Source: an uncultured virus (IMG/VR IMGVR_UViG_2609459885_000003) (taxonomy: Duplodnaviria; Heunggongvirae; Uroviricota; Caudoviricetes). Taken from it: DNA of 64,000 nucleotides. Under the pieces are notes generated by a model. That model was not told where the DNA came from. It saw nothing but the letters and a program-made list of their open reading frames with translations, and did not search any database. Numbering within the stretch: position 1 is the stretch's first letter; every line of letters begins with the position of its first letter. Shown here one piece after another: positions 1-9,646 of this stretch. The position numbers and the translations under genes were made by a program. The stretch is taken from positions 1-64,000 of IMG/VR virus record IMGVR_UViG_2609459885_000003, one strand, 5' to 3'.

Positions 1-89
1 CAAATGGCGGCTCCTACCGTTTATAAACGCTGAAGTGACATTAAATAAAATTTCCTGCAAATCTTACCATAAATAATTTAAAAATTATC

Positions 90-1064
90 TCAAAGTAGCT
101 TAAAGTTTTTATTAACATGGTTAAACCTTAAAGTTTGCACCAATCCAGAAACTGATGGGTATATTTTTGAAGTTACAAAACCTAATTGAATCAATTCAGT
201 TTTAATTTGATAAGGTTTTTTTATCTCAATCTTTTTCAGATTGTCAGTATCTTTAGGTCTGAATGGTTGCAATAATTTATTTTGAAAACTAAACATGCAT
301 TCCTGGCTATCCATTCTCCTGTCGAACCTGAAGTGATTTATAGCCACCGGACTTGGCTGGATAAAATCAATTTCCTCTATTGCAAGTTTTCTAAACTTAT
401 AGGAGGAAGATTTACTAGCATCCAAAAAATTAAAACCGCCATTGCCTGCGGTAGTAAGCTGAGATAATTCATGACTATGTTTTTCTTTAAATCCGTGCTG
501 ATAACCTTGATAGAACTCCTCGCCAGTGAGGGTATCTTCCGGTGAATAGCTAAATACGGCCGCACTATTATCCGTTGACGGCTCTGATGATTCCACTGAA
601 AAATAAAGAGCGACTAAAGGGTTAAGGCTCCAATCAATAAATCTTGTAGGAAGCCCATAATGTTGTGCTAATAAAATAAGTGATAAATCTGAGTTTAATA
701 TGTATTCTTTATTTTCTATCTCACCAAGATAAGGAGGCAATAGGTGCTTAAAGTTTACATAAGCAGAGAATATTGTTTGCAACTTTTCATTCATATTATC
801 CGCATAGTTACTGTTTTTAAAAACTGACTCAAACATTTCAGAGTTGATATCAATTACACCCGTAATTTGAAAAATATCCTTTAACGTTGGAATAATAGCT
901 CTAGTCAGGGAAGACAATATTGGCCACTTAGCGTCAGCTTGTCCTCTGAATAAATTACCATAGACCCATTCACCATTCGATTCTTCAATTAAATCTATAA
1001 ATTCACCAACACTCTCTACGCTCCCTATGACAAGGGTGGAATCTTCCATATATAATTCTTTCAT
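90..1064 (-). CDS. FRG-domain protein (candidate anti-phage defence effector)
   Basis: Motifs LFRGQADAKW and LAQHYGLPTRFIDWSLNPLVALYF are typical of the FRG domain. The gene is very AT-rich and antisense to the backbone. The start could be 1064 or 1049. Confidence 0.85.
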   Translation of the reverse strand: MKELYMEDSTLVIGSVESVGEFIDLIEESNGEWVYGNLFRGQADAKWPILSSLTRAIIPTLKDIFQITGVIDINSEMFESVFKNSNYADNMNEKLQTIFSAYVNFKHLLPPYLGEIENKEYILNSDLSLILLAQHYGLPTRFIDWSLNPLVALYFSVESSEPSTDNSAAVFSYSPEDTLTGEEFYQGYQHGFKEKHSHELSQLTTAGNGGFNFLDASKSSSYKFRKLAIEEIDFIQPSPVAINHFRFDRRMDSQECMFSFQNKLLQPFRPKDTDNLKKIEIKKPYQIKTELIQLGFVTSKIYPSVSGLVQTLRFNHVNKNFKLL

Positions 1065-1168
1065 AAAACACCTTTATATAAATTGTATATTAAATAAGAA
1101 CTAAAATCAGGCAACTCTTACTTATCGTTAATCCACCTCTATGCTTTTTAAAACGCACATTTAATAAT

Positions 1169-1816
1169 CTAATTTATTTTTCCAACCTTGACAAAAAGCT
1201 TACATAATTCTGTTGGACGTATTATACTACCACCATATCCGCCTTTAAATTGACCCAATCCAGCACCAACGAACGAGAGCATTTGTGCTTCACTCAGTGT
1301 CTGACCTTCTGCCTTGTCGTTATCAAAAATAATAAAATCAGGCAATTTTGATAGATCAAAAGAAGGAAGCCTTTCAAGAGCGGACAAGAGCCTTCTTAAT
1401 TCTTCAAAGGATATTTCTTTTCTTGAAAATGCCTTTAGAAACGTAGCCACCAGCTCAGGTTTCTCTTCACTTTCCATACGATCGATAATCTCAAGCATTC
1501 TCTCACCTGCCCTTCCGGCGAATTTATCATCTTCATTAAGTCTATCGATCATATTAATTCTATCCGCTTCAGGGATTTCAGAAAACTCAGTTAAAAAGCG
1601 GAAAATTTTTTCTGTAAAAATGTGGTCACGAACAGAACCAACAACATTATATAGTCCAACTAGGGTACCTACTAGTGGGATTTCTTTCAGAATGCCTGAA
1701 TCAAGTAGAGAATCGATTCCAAGTTCAGCATACTCTTTTTTCAGGTCTGATAACTCATCTGAACTTAAAATTTTAACCAATGCTCTTCCGTTTTTCCCTT
1801 CTACTTGTGATTTCAC
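1169..1816 (-). CDS. hypothetical protein, possibly Abi-alpha-like
   Basis: 215-aa AT-rich ORF with a GTG start after GAGGGG, co-oriented with the FRG gene. The helical core and C-terminal GLG...PTELCKLF resemble Abi-alpha-type proteins (inference). Confidence 0.6.
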   Translation of the reverse strand: MKSQVEGKNGRALVKILSSDELSDLKKEYAELGIDSLLDSGILKEIPLVGTLVGLYNVVGSVRDHIFTEKIFRFLTEFSEIPEADRINMIDRLNEDDKFAGRAGERMLEIIDRMESEEKPELVATFLKAFSRKEISFEELRRLLSALERLPSFDLSKLPDFIIFDNDKAEGQTLSEAQMLSFVGAGLGQFKGGYGGSIIRPTELCKLFVKVGKIN

Positions 1817-1966
1817 ACATTCCCCTCTCTTTTCTTATGGTCACAAACTGTCCCATCAAAGATCTTTTGCTCAGCATAGCCACCTGGGATTCTTTTCGTC
1901 AACACTCCACAAATGATCATTTACGCTATAATATTGATACACATTAGTAAGTGGATAAATAACAAA

Positions 1967-2398
1967 ATGAACACCGAAATTTACGAAAAAATCATGACCG
2001 ATCTGGAGTTCGACCGCGACAATCTGGAAGAGGTTTGGCGGCAGCAACCGAGGCTGTTGATGGAGTACGGCGCAAGACTAGCGCGCGCGGAACGAGAGGT
2101 TGCAGATGCTAAACTATCCCTCGATGCCATAGAGGCAAAAATTTACGACATTGAACGTAAAAGCTTGAGTATGAACGGAATAAAGTTCAATGAATCAGTA
2201 CTGGAAGCTAAGGTTCGCACAAACCCACAATACCTTGCGAAGCGCCAAAAACTGGATGACGCACGTCTGATCGCTGACATCTATAAGCACGCTGTCACCG
2301 CCTTCACTCACCGTAGAGACATGATCGTGCAGGCCTCGAAAATGGCCATCGTAGAGATTGAACGAATGGGCGCCGAACGCTTCACGGTCACCCGATAA
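1967..2398 (+). CDS. UvsY-like recombination mediator protein
   Basis: 143-aa all-helical protein whose length and pattern (DLEFDRDNL...AFTHRRDMI) resemble T4 UvsY. It lies upstream of the SSB, 5'-3' exonuclease and recA genes. Confidence 0.6.
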   Translation: MNTEIYEKIMTDLEFDRDNLEEVWRQQPRLLMEYGARLARAEREVADAKLSLDAIEAKIYDIERKSLSMNGIKFNESVLEAKVRTNPQYLAKRQKLDDARLIADIYKHAVTAFTHRRDMIVQASKMAIVEIERMGAERFTVTR

Positions 2399-2517
2399 TT
2401 TTTGATAGATAGTAAGTAAGTAGTGATCTATTATTGTGTACGCTTTTAAGAGCCACGAACAAGCGAATGCCCCAAGCGCAAAGCGCCCATGGCCATAATC
2501 ACAACAAGGAGAAATAC

Positions 2518-3525
2518 ATGTCTAAGTCATTACTTGATCTGCTTAACAAGACCCGCGGCGATATTGCTTCCAAACGAGGCAATAACGTCGACCTAACCCG
2601 TCTGAAAGACGGTAATAACTATCTGCGCATCTTCCCTAACAAGGACGATCAGAACGGTGTGTTCTTCCAGACTTTCGGTATGCACTACGTTAAGCATCAG
2701 AATGAGGAGGGCAAAGAAGTTACCACTGCCTATATCTGCGAACAGCACACCCACAATCGTGCGTGCCAGCTGTGTGAGATGGTGATGGAAGGTCGCGCTC
2801 GCTACAAAGGCAACAAGGCAATGGAAGAGCGTATCGGTCAAATGCGCGCTACTCCACGCTACCTGGTCAATGGCGTACTTTCAGCTCGTGAAGACTTTGG
2901 CGACGCGGAAAAATGCCAGCTGATTGAGCTCCCGTCCACTGTGTTCGACGATATCTGCAAAGTGATGTCTGAGGATATCGCAGATGATATCGGCAACCCG
3001 TTAAGCAAAGAAGAAGGCTATGCGTTCCTGATCAAACGCACCGGCTCCGGTCGCGATACCAAGTACGACGTATCCCCAAAACGTAAAGTCTACAAGGGCG
3101 ATATCCCTGAAAAACTGTGGTCGACCCAGCATGACCTGATCGCTTACGCCAATCAGGCTGATGAAACTCGTCTGCTGTCTACCGTTCGCACCATGGGGCG
3201 TCTCATTGGTATTGCAGCACCTGCCGCCACCACCGCTGCTATTTCCTCACCAGCTGCTGCAAGTGCAGCAACGCTGCCAGGTTTTGGCACCATCACTGGC
3301 CATACGGAAGGTGCAGCTGCTGTAGCCACGACCTCTACCCCGGAACCAGCAAAAACATCTCTGGTAGACGAAGAGATCTTACGTGCCGCAGAAGCTGAGT
3401 TCGTACCAGAGCCGGAAGAAGTTAAAGCATCAGCTGCTGCCGCCACTACCACTGCGGCCGCGACCAGCACCTCTAATGACGATGAAGGTCTTGACGATCT
3501 GCTGGCGGAATTAGAATCGCTTTAA
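2518..3525 (+). CDS. gp32-like single-stranded DNA-binding protein
   Basis: RBS AAGGAG before ATG 2518. Has LRIFP, a His/Cys cluster (C-x8-C-x2-C), an Ala/Thr-rich linker and an acidic tail DDEGLDDLLAELESL resembling the T4 gp32 C-terminus. Confidence 0.75.
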   Translation: MSKSLLDLLNKTRGDIASKRGNNVDLTRLKDGNNYLRIFPNKDDQNGVFFQTFGMHYVKHQNEEGKEVTTAYICEQHTHNRACQLCEMVMEGRARYKGNKAMEERIGQMRATPRYLVNGVLSAREDFGDAEKCQLIELPSTVFDDICKVMSEDIADDIGNPLSKEEGYAFLIKRTGSGRDTKYDVSPKRKVYKGDIPEKLWSTQHDLIAYANQADETRLLSTVRTMGRLIGIAAPAATTAAISSPAAASAATLPGFGTITGHTEGAAAVATTSTPEPAKTSLVDEEILRAAEAEFVPEPEEVKASAAAATTTAAATSTSNDDEGLDDLLAELESL

Positions 3526-3542
3526 TCCCAGGCCATGACTGT

Positions 3543-3570
3543 TAAGGCGTCTACGGACGCCTTACTTTTT
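3543..3570 (+). terminator. intrinsic terminator-like hairpin
   Basis: TAAGGCGTC-TACG-GACGCCTTA followed by CTTTTT. Confidence 0.6.
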
Positions 3571-3585
3571 GGAAGGAGTTTTCCG

Positions 3586-4530
3586 GTGAATTATCTCTTT
3601 GTGGACGGTAACAGCCTGGGCTATTACCACCAGCAATCTGACAAATTACATAACGGCGAAATGGAAGTTCAGGCGGTGTTTGGCTTCGTCAAAAACGTTC
3701 GTCGCTATGCTTCCATTCTTCACGCTCGCCCCATGATCCTGTGGGACGGCTTTAGCGACAAGCGTCGCGACTATTACCCGGATTACAAAGCAAATCGCGA
3801 TGAAGATCCGGAAATGAAGAGGATGAAAGAAGGCTTTGCAGTCCAGAAGCCTTACATCCTGAAAATGATGGCAGCCCTTGGCGTCAACCAGCTGATCGCC
3901 AAAGACGCCGAGGCCGATGACCTGGCGGGGATGCTGGTTGGTCGTCTTGCGCCACAACCAACGGTCGATCATATCTACCTGCTCACCGGCGACGGCGACT
4001 GGCTGCAGCTGGTTCGAGAAAAAGTCAGCTGGGTGAGCCTTCGTGAAGACGCCAAACACAAGCAGGTGAACTTTGAGCAGTTCCCAGAGCTGATCGGCCT
4101 GCCTACTCCTCGTGCTTTCCTCGAAGCCAAAGCTCTGCAAGGGGATACCTCCGACAACATCAAAGGTGTAGGCGGAATTGGTGACGGCGGCGCCAAGGAG
4201 CTGCTGCACGAATGGGGAAGCGTCGCCGCTATGGTGCGCGGCATTAACGACGGCTCGATCGTCATCAATAAAGGCCGATACAAAACGGCATTCAACAAAC
4301 TGGCCAAAAATGCCTTCAACGAGAAGACCGGCTGCCGGATGCTGGAAGCCTTCAAGCGCAACATGACGCTGATGAACCTCATCGATACCAAGTTCCCACC
4401 CAGCGAAATCGAAAAGATAAAAGGCGCACGTGATTTGAAAGCCTTTGAACTGCTCTGCCATGAGCTGAACTTCCGGTCATTCCTGGAAGATCTGGACGTG
4501 TTCGTTTTGCCTTTTGAGAGGTACTGCTGA
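3586..4530 (+). CDS. 5'-3' exonuclease / flap endonuclease (T4 RNase H / T5 D15-like)
   Basis: GTG start after GGAAGGAG. Motifs VDGNS, YPDYKANR, EADD, TGDGD and H3TH GDTSDNIKGVGGIG. Confidence 0.9.
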   Translation: MNYLFVDGNSLGYYHQQSDKLHNGEMEVQAVFGFVKNVRRYASILHARPMILWDGFSDKRRDYYPDYKANRDEDPEMKRMKEGFAVQKPYILKMMAALGVNQLIAKDAEADDLAGMLVGRLAPQPTVDHIYLLTGDGDWLQLVREKVSWVSLREDAKHKQVNFEQFPELIGLPTPRAFLEAKALQGDTSDNIKGVGGIGDGGAKELLHEWGSVAAMVRGINDGSIVINKGRYKTAFNKLAKNAFNEKTGCRMLEAFKRNMTLMNLIDTKFPPSEIEKIKGARDLKAFELLCHELNFRSFLEDLDVFVLPFERYC

Positions 4531-4796
4531 TGTTGAAATCACTCATCAACGGCAATACGACCACGCCTACGATGCTGGCTAAGGAGATTGTCTTCTTCCA
4601 TGGAGAACATGCCGTTGTTGCGCTACCGCGCATTCTCGGCGCGGCCGGCATGAGCGTGACAGAGCGAGAGTACGGGCTGATTAGCGAACAGGTCGTCAAG
4701 ATCCTCTCTCGTATGGCCAAACACCTCAACCACGACGCAATAAAGTTTGATGAAGCCGCCGCTTCCAAACGCATCAACGAGACAAAAGGAGCCTAA
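4530..4796 (+). CDS. hypothetical protein
   Basis: 88-aa ORF coupled by TGATG overlap between the exonuclease and recA. Confidence 0.7.
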   Translation: MLKSLINGNTTTPTMLAKEIVFFHGEHAVVALPRILGAAGMSVTEREYGLISEQVVKILSRMAKHLNHDAIKFDEAAASKRINETKGA

Positions 4797-4798
4797 GA

Positions 4799-5875
4799 AT
4801 GGCAAAAGGAAAATCAGCACTGGCAATGGCATTAAAAAAGAAAATCGGCAGCAATGACGAGATCCAAAAGGTTTCACACTGGATTAATTCCGGCTTCCCT
4901 CCGCTGAATAAAGCCATCTCCGGGCGCTATGACGGCGGTTTCCCAAGCGGACGTATCGTTGAGATCTTTGGGCCGCCAAGTGCTGGTAAAACCTTCCTGG
5001 CGACGGCCGCCATGGTCTCCGCTCAGAAACAGGAGGGTCTGGCTGTATTCCTCGACCACGAAAACAGCTTTGACGTTGGTCTGGCGGTGGCAAACGGGCT
5101 GAATGCGGATGAGGATGACGGCCAGTGGGTCTATAAGCAGCCGGACACGTTCGAAGAATCGGTTGAGCTGATCGGCACCATCCTGAAACTGGTGCGGGAC
5201 GAAGAGCTGATCCCCGCAGACGCCCCTATTTGCATCGTAGCCGACTCCCTTGCGTCAATGGTGCCAAACTCCAAAGCCGAGAAGTTCGACAAAATGGCGG
5301 AAGGTACAGCGAAGGATAAAGATCAGCTAAACATGAACGACAATACGGCCCTGGCTCGTGCTACGAGCGCCAACTTTCCGACGCTGGCGCTCTGGGCGCG
5401 CAAGTACAATGCCTGCATTATTTTCCTTAACCAGGTTCGTACAAAAATCGGCGTGATGTTTGGCGATCCAACCACCTCCCCTGGTGGTGATTCTCCGAAG
5501 TTCTACGCCTCAGTACGTATTCGTCTTGGCGCTTCTGTCATGAAGGATGGCAAAGATAAGATCGGTCAGGACGTTGGCGCCGAGTGCATCAAAAACAAAG
5601 TGGCACCGCCATTCGGCAAATGCTCATGGAAATTCTACTTCGACCCGACCCGCGGTCTGGACGTTATCGAGTCACTGGTTGAGCACATGCTCGAAGAAGG
5701 ATACCTGCCAAAGAATGCCAGCGGCCGCGTAGAGATTGGCGACAAGAAGTACACCAAATCGCAGATCGTCGATATGTATCGTGATAAGCCCCTTCCGGAG
5801 ATCATTGCGGCGCTACAGGCGATCGACGAACGTCGAGCTAAAGAGTCTGCTTCAGCCGAAACAGAAGAAGCGTAA
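4799..5875 (+). CDS. recA: RecA/UvsX-family recombinase
   Basis: GRIVEIFGPPSAGKT Walker A, IVADS Walker B, FLNQVRTKIGVMFGDPTTSPGG, KFYASVR, KNKVAPPF. Confidence 0.95.
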   Translation: MAKGKSALAMALKKKIGSNDEIQKVSHWINSGFPPLNKAISGRYDGGFPSGRIVEIFGPPSAGKTFLATAAMVSAQKQEGLAVFLDHENSFDVGLAVANGLNADEDDGQWVYKQPDTFEESVELIGTILKLVRDEELIPADAPICIVADSLASMVPNSKAEKFDKMAEGTAKDKDQLNMNDNTALARATSANFPTLALWARKYNACIIFLNQVRTKIGVMFGDPTTSPGGDSPKFYASVRIRLGASVMKDGKDKIGQDVGAECIKNKVAPPFGKCSWKFYFDPTRGLDVIESLVEHMLEEGYLPKNASGRVEIGDKKYTKSQIVDMYRDKPLPEIIAALQAIDERRAKESASAETEEA

Positions 5876-5879
5876 TCAC

Positions 5880-5908
5880 AGGGCGTCCATTGGACGCCTT
5901 TATATTTT
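5880..5908 (+). terminator. intrinsic terminator-like hairpin after recA
   Basis: GGCGTCC-ATT-GGACGCC followed by a T-rich tract; similar in sequence to the hairpin at 3543. Confidence 0.55.
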
Positions 5909-6045
5909 GTTTATTATCACCAATAAGAAAACAACTTGGTTACTAATATGAAATTAATCCCAATTCCAACGTCAAATGTGACAGTGCCACGTAGTTACCA
6001 GGTAGCCATCGTAGACGCCTGGTGGCTGGTGAAGGAAGAATCAAA

Positions 6046-6222
6046 GTGAAGAGGCTCTGGGATGCGGCCAATGCCGCGCTCGATGTTATCGACGCAGAAA
6101 TCGCCCAAGGCTTACCTGAGCCTGAATGGGCCGCTCAGCTGCGCGAGGTCATTGCTCTAATAGATGAGCCATCACCTGAACAGGACGATTGCTCCCCTTA
6201 TCTCGATCTGAATAATAAGTAA
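6046..6222 (+). CDS. small hypothetical protein
   Basis: GTG start after GAAGGAAG within the 6022..6222 ORF; acidic 58-aa product. Confidence 0.45.
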   Translation: MKRLWDAANAALDVIDAEIAQGLPEPEWAAQLREVIALIDEPSPEQDDCSPYLDLNNK

Positions 6223-6408
6223 GTACATACACCACAAAGGAGAAACACATGAGAATATTAGTTTGGATATCTGCCAGTACTGAAAGTGATGCTTAGCCAC
6301 TGCTTATGGTGAATGGCTCTGGACTGGCCATCTTTAGGGAGTTCCAGGCCTTAGCGCTCTTCCGGAGCCATTTACAGCTCAAAATAGATAAGTTAGTATT
6401 TACCTATT

Positions 6409-6588
6409 ATGAAGATATACATAGATATCCTGTTACTCATCTTTTCAATACTGTTTATGTTGGACTGCCTGATGATCGGGACACTCAAGAAAGCTCTGTC
6501 TCCTGTCAACGGAACCACTGTGAACATGCTCGCACTGGTGCTGGTCGTCACCTCTACAGCACAGGTCTACACAGAGATAGTGGTATGA
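6409..6588 (+). CDS. small membrane protein (59 aa, below ORF-track cutoff)
   Basis: MKIYIDILLLIFSILFMLDCLMIG...MLALVLVVTSTAQVYTEIVV has two hydrophobic segments. ATGA overlap with the next gene. Confidence 0.55.
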   Translation: MKIYIDILLLIFSILFMLDCLMIGTLKKALSPVNGTTVNMLALVLVVTSTAQVYTEIVV

Positions 6589-6920
6589 GAAAAATAACGC
6601 TACTGCTGGCCGCCCTATCCTTCTCTCTGCTGGCGGATACCCGAATTTACCAATGCGATATGACCGTATCGCAGGTGAAAAATGATCAAATCAGCAGACC
6701 TACTAAAGCTGACTTCGGCGCGCTGGTCGTTGATAGCGGAGATCAGTTCTATGTCGTCCGCGGCGATGAGGTTCTCTCATCTCCATATCTGGCTAAACGC
6801 AACGGTAAACTGGTTGGCGTTGGCGAGGACAAGCTTATCTACAACAAATCCCACGACGTCTACGGCGTTCATAGCAAAAACCAAAGTTTCTTTTTCGACG
6901 GATGTAAGGAGGTTGGTTAA
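6585..6920 (+). CDS. secreted/periplasmic hypothetical protein
   Basis: N-terminal signal-peptide-like MRKITLLLAALSFSLLA; two Cys; coupled to neighbours on both sides. Confidence 0.7.
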   Translation: MRKITLLLAALSFSLLADTRIYQCDMTVSQVKNDQISRPTKADFGALVVDSGDQFYVVRGDEVLSSPYLAKRNGKLVGVGEDKLIYNKSHDVYGVHSKNQSFFFDGCKEVG

Positions 6921-7132
6921 TGGCTCTCACAATGACTGGTCTTGAGATTGAGAAAACAAGCGGCTACTGGAGAGCGAAAGGCTTCAGAAAACCGGACATG
7001 CTGGAGCGTCTGGAACGTGAAGACGGTTACATCATCCACCAGCGTCGGGAATGGCGCATGTTTGATCCTGAAACCGGGAAACTCACATCGAAAGCACAAA
7101 CGCTTTGGGGTTTGCTCAAGCAGATTCACTAA
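6920..7132 (+). CDS. hypothetical protein
   Basis: 70-aa ORF with RBS AAGGAGG and TAATG coupling. Confidence 0.7.
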   Translation: MALTMTGLEIEKTSGYWRAKGFRKPDMLERLEREDGYIIHQRREWRMFDPETGKLTSKAQTLWGLLKQIH

Positions 7133-7316
7133 CCGATGTTTCTGCAGCGCGTTTTAAGTGTGACGGAATAACATTTGTTAGTAACCACTAACCTAGCATT
7201 CATGCGGGTTAGCAGGTTAGTGACCACTGGGGAAGCCATATTGTTATCTACACGGGCCTGGCGCAAATCAACGACTGCGTCGCCCGTTTTCAGGATATCT
7301 AATTCAGTGCTGAATT

Positions 7317-7583
7317 ACCGCTCACAGCATACGTTGCCAGTGAATTACCGCTGGCAGCATACCTTGTACCGTTCACAGCATACGTTTTACCGCTGACAGC
7401 ATATCTTTCACCGCTGACAGCATACATTCATAGGGCAACAGTTGCTCTTAGACGTTAGCCATGTCGATTTATAAAGACCGCAGATAGTGGAAATGTACCG
7501 CTGACAGCATACTTTTTACCGCTGACAGCATACATTGAGACAAAAGAACCGCTGACAGCATATGTTGAACCGCTGACAGCGTA
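7317..7583. repeat. iteron array downstream of repA (9 copies, incA-like copy-control locus)
   Basis: ACCGCTGACAGCATA and variants at 7317, 7347, 7368, 7389, 7410, 7497, 7518, 7548 and 7569. Confidence 0.9.
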
Positions 7584-8681
7584 TCAAAGCAACTTGAGGC
7601 TATTGGTGAGTATCTCGATCAGCTTGATATTCTCTGGCGTCAGGTTCTGCGACAGCTCAGAAATTTTGTTTTTGAGGTTCTGTTTCGCATCAATTTCACC
7701 CTTCGCTTCTTCTGCCTGCTTAGGCGCCTCTGGCTTCTCGGGTTTGCTCGATGTGACTTTCAGTTTTGGGTTACGACTGTGGATCTGGATGTAGACAGAA
7801 CGGCCACGCTTAACCTCGCTATATTCGAGATAGCCCAGCTCTTGCAGTGACTTCAATCCGTTCCTGATAGTCTGGTTTTGCGAGCTGACGTTGCGCGTGC
7901 TCAGATTGAGCCTGGCGCGCAGCCGGGCAAGAGATACCGGTGCCGGCTTAGGAGGAAGACTTTCGATGAAAGTATACAGCGCCTGTGCCGTCTCTTTGCG
8001 CGGGAGCTTGTTGATGACCTTCAACTGCAGCAGAACTTTGTGGTCAAAGCGATAGAGCTCAGACAGCTTAGGTTCAGCATAAAAGACAATGGAGTCTTTC
8101 TTCTCGTTGTAATCAACGCTGTTTATGAGGTGAACCATCAACAGGGATATCTTGTTGGTGTCGTCGACGTTCTTCTCTTCATGAGTGCGCTGGAACGACA
8201 ACGTCGTGCGCATGATCTTGAGCAGGCTGTTTGTCAGGCGGTCTCGCAGGGTCTTGCGGATCTGCGAGGACGGGTAGCCGCAGAACTTGGCGAACTTCGT
8301 GATGCTCAGCTCTACGCGCCCTGTTGGCTCGCCGTATTCAGCCAGAGAGCGAACAACACCAACCCAGGTTTTGAAGTCATGATCCATATCCAGCCGCGGA
8401 CCGGTGATTTTAATGTTTGAATAACCCTCTGACCGCGCGACTTCAAGCTGGACAAGCTCCCTGGATGCGTCGATCATGTTGGACTTGTTGCGAGAGCTAT
8501 TCTTCGTTCCCTTGAGCGTTGGAACAAAGAGGCCAAGGCGCATTAAAGCGATTGGCTGCACCGTATTGTTGCTGTTAGGAACTAAGTCACCTGTGTACAA
8601 ATTGAGAGCATCTTCCTCAAGAATTTCGTTATCTTCAGGTATTTCTTTGATTTCACTCTCTTTTTTATTTTTTGTGGACAT
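7584..8681 (-). CDS. repA: plasmid replication initiator RepA (IncFIB/P1-type)
   Basis: NNTVQPIALMRLGLFVPTLK and ITGPRLDMDHDFKTWVG are typical RepFIB motifs; the gene is flanked by iterons. The likely start is MSTKNKKE at 8681; the upstream extension only translates the iterons. Confidence 0.92.
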   Translation of the reverse strand: MSTKNKKESEIKEIPEDNEILEEDALNLYTGDLVPNSNNTVQPIALMRLGLFVPTLKGTKNSSRNKSNMIDASRELVQLEVARSEGYSNIKITGPRLDMDHDFKTWVGVVRSLAEYGEPTGRVELSITKFAKFCGYPSSQIRKTLRDRLTNSLLKIMRTTLSFQRTHEEKNVDDTNKISLLMVHLINSVDYNEKKDSIVFYAEPKLSELYRFDHKVLLQLKVINKLPRKETAQALYTFIESLPPKPAPVSLARLRARLNLSTRNVSSQNQTIRNGLKSLQELGYLEYSEVKRGRSVYIQIHSRNPKLKVTSSKPEKPEAPKQAEEAKGEIDAKQNLKNKISELSQNLTPENIKLIEILTNSLKLL

Positions 8682-8701
8682 GTGGATACCTTTTGGTTCT
8701 A

Positions 8702-8924
8702 ACCGCTGACAGCATACGTCAATTACCGCTGATAGCATACACAAAACCGTTGGCAGCATATACCGTACCGCTGACAGCATATCGTTTACCGCTGACAGCA
8801 TACACGGATCAGTCCTTAGCCCAGGCGTGGCGCGGCCTGCGGCGATCGGGGATCTCTTTGGATCTATATGGGGATCTGTATAGGGATCTTATTATTGGGA
8901 TCTAACCAGTGGATAAGTGGATAA
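8702..8924. promoter_or_regulatory. plasmid replication origin: 5 iterons, GC-rich spacer, GATC cluster, DnaA-like boxes
   Basis: Iterons at 8702, 8725, 8746, 8767 and 8788; seven GATC sites within 8807-8902; tandem AGTGGATAA at 8908 and 8916 (one mismatch to TGTGGATAA). Confidence 0.88.
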
Positions 8925-9001
8925 GTAAAACAGGCATTTGCGATTACAGGTGTGCCTAGTAAGCTATCGTGGTTCCGGTCAACAATCACTAAAACGAGAA
9001 C

Positions 9002-9646
9002 ATGGACTTAAAACGCACACGTTGGGTACGCCGTCTGGAAGACGGAACCTACACCATAGAATCAAACTCCACACTGAGCAACGAGAAGGTTCTCTGCAGC
9101 CTGTGTGGCATAGCCTCGAAGTGCAACATCAACGAGACCCGACTCAAGTTGCGTGACGCCGGCGTTAACTTCCACCTGAACAGCTGTGCCAGATACGTAC
9201 CGCTGCTGGCATTTCGAAAACCGATCATCGGTCTGGATACCCCCTACTTCAACACTATGCGTTCAGGCGTTACCTGGCGTGACAGATTGACCGAGGGGAA
9301 GATTATCTGCCTGGTTGAAGCTGATACTGCGAAGATCCTTCGATTCGGTGTCGTGGATAAGGTTTACTCTGGGCCAGTTGATGAGATGCTGAGAAAGCAC
9401 AGTCGATTCAATCACCTCTGTATGGGCGGAGAGAAGATCGAAAAAGTTGGTGAAGTGATCCGCAGATCCTATGGCCACTTCCTGAAAGAAGACAGCCTGC
9501 TCACTGCGATTTACATCAGACACATCAAACGGGACTTTGATATCGAGTATCACAGCGAAGAAGAACTCGATTTAGTCGACCCTCGGCCAAAAGCAGAAGT
9601 GTTTAGCATCGTAAATGCGCGTCAGAAGCTCTCTGACGAACCCTAA
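9002..9646 (+). CDS. hypothetical protein (CxxC...C...C motif)
   Basis: 214-aa ORF divergent from repA with CSLCGIASKC...SC. Confidence 0.7.
   Translation: MDLKRTRWVRRLEDGTYTIESNSTLSNEKVLCSLCGIASKCNINETRLKLRDAGVNFHLNSCARYVPLLAFRKPIIGLDTPYFNTMRSGVTWRDRLTEGKIICLVEADTAKILRFGVVDKVYSGPVDEMLRKHSRFNHLCMGGEKIEKVGEVIRRSYGHFLKEDSLLTAIYIRHIKRDFDIEYHSEEELDLVDPRPKAEVFSIVNARQKLSDEP

Noticed and set aside
6306..6584. 204-aa ORF 6306..6920 as one gene
   Set aside because: It is better explained by 6409..6588 in another frame plus 6585..6920 with a signal peptide and ATGA coupling; an operator-A site lies inside the extension.
7317..7583. Repeat array as a CRISPR locus
   Set aside because: The repeats are 15 bp with mostly 6-15 bp gaps, match the iterons upstream of repA, and no cas genes are present.
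8682..8801. N-terminal 40-aa extension of RepA (MLSAV repeats) and ORFs 7175..7396 and 8672..8905
   Set aside because: These are translations of the iteron repeats; the plausible RepA start is 8681.
8822..8832. CCAGGCGTGGC shared between the origin spacer and 37534
   Set aside because: A single 11-bp match within 64 kb is expected by chance, and no iterons lie near the second copy.
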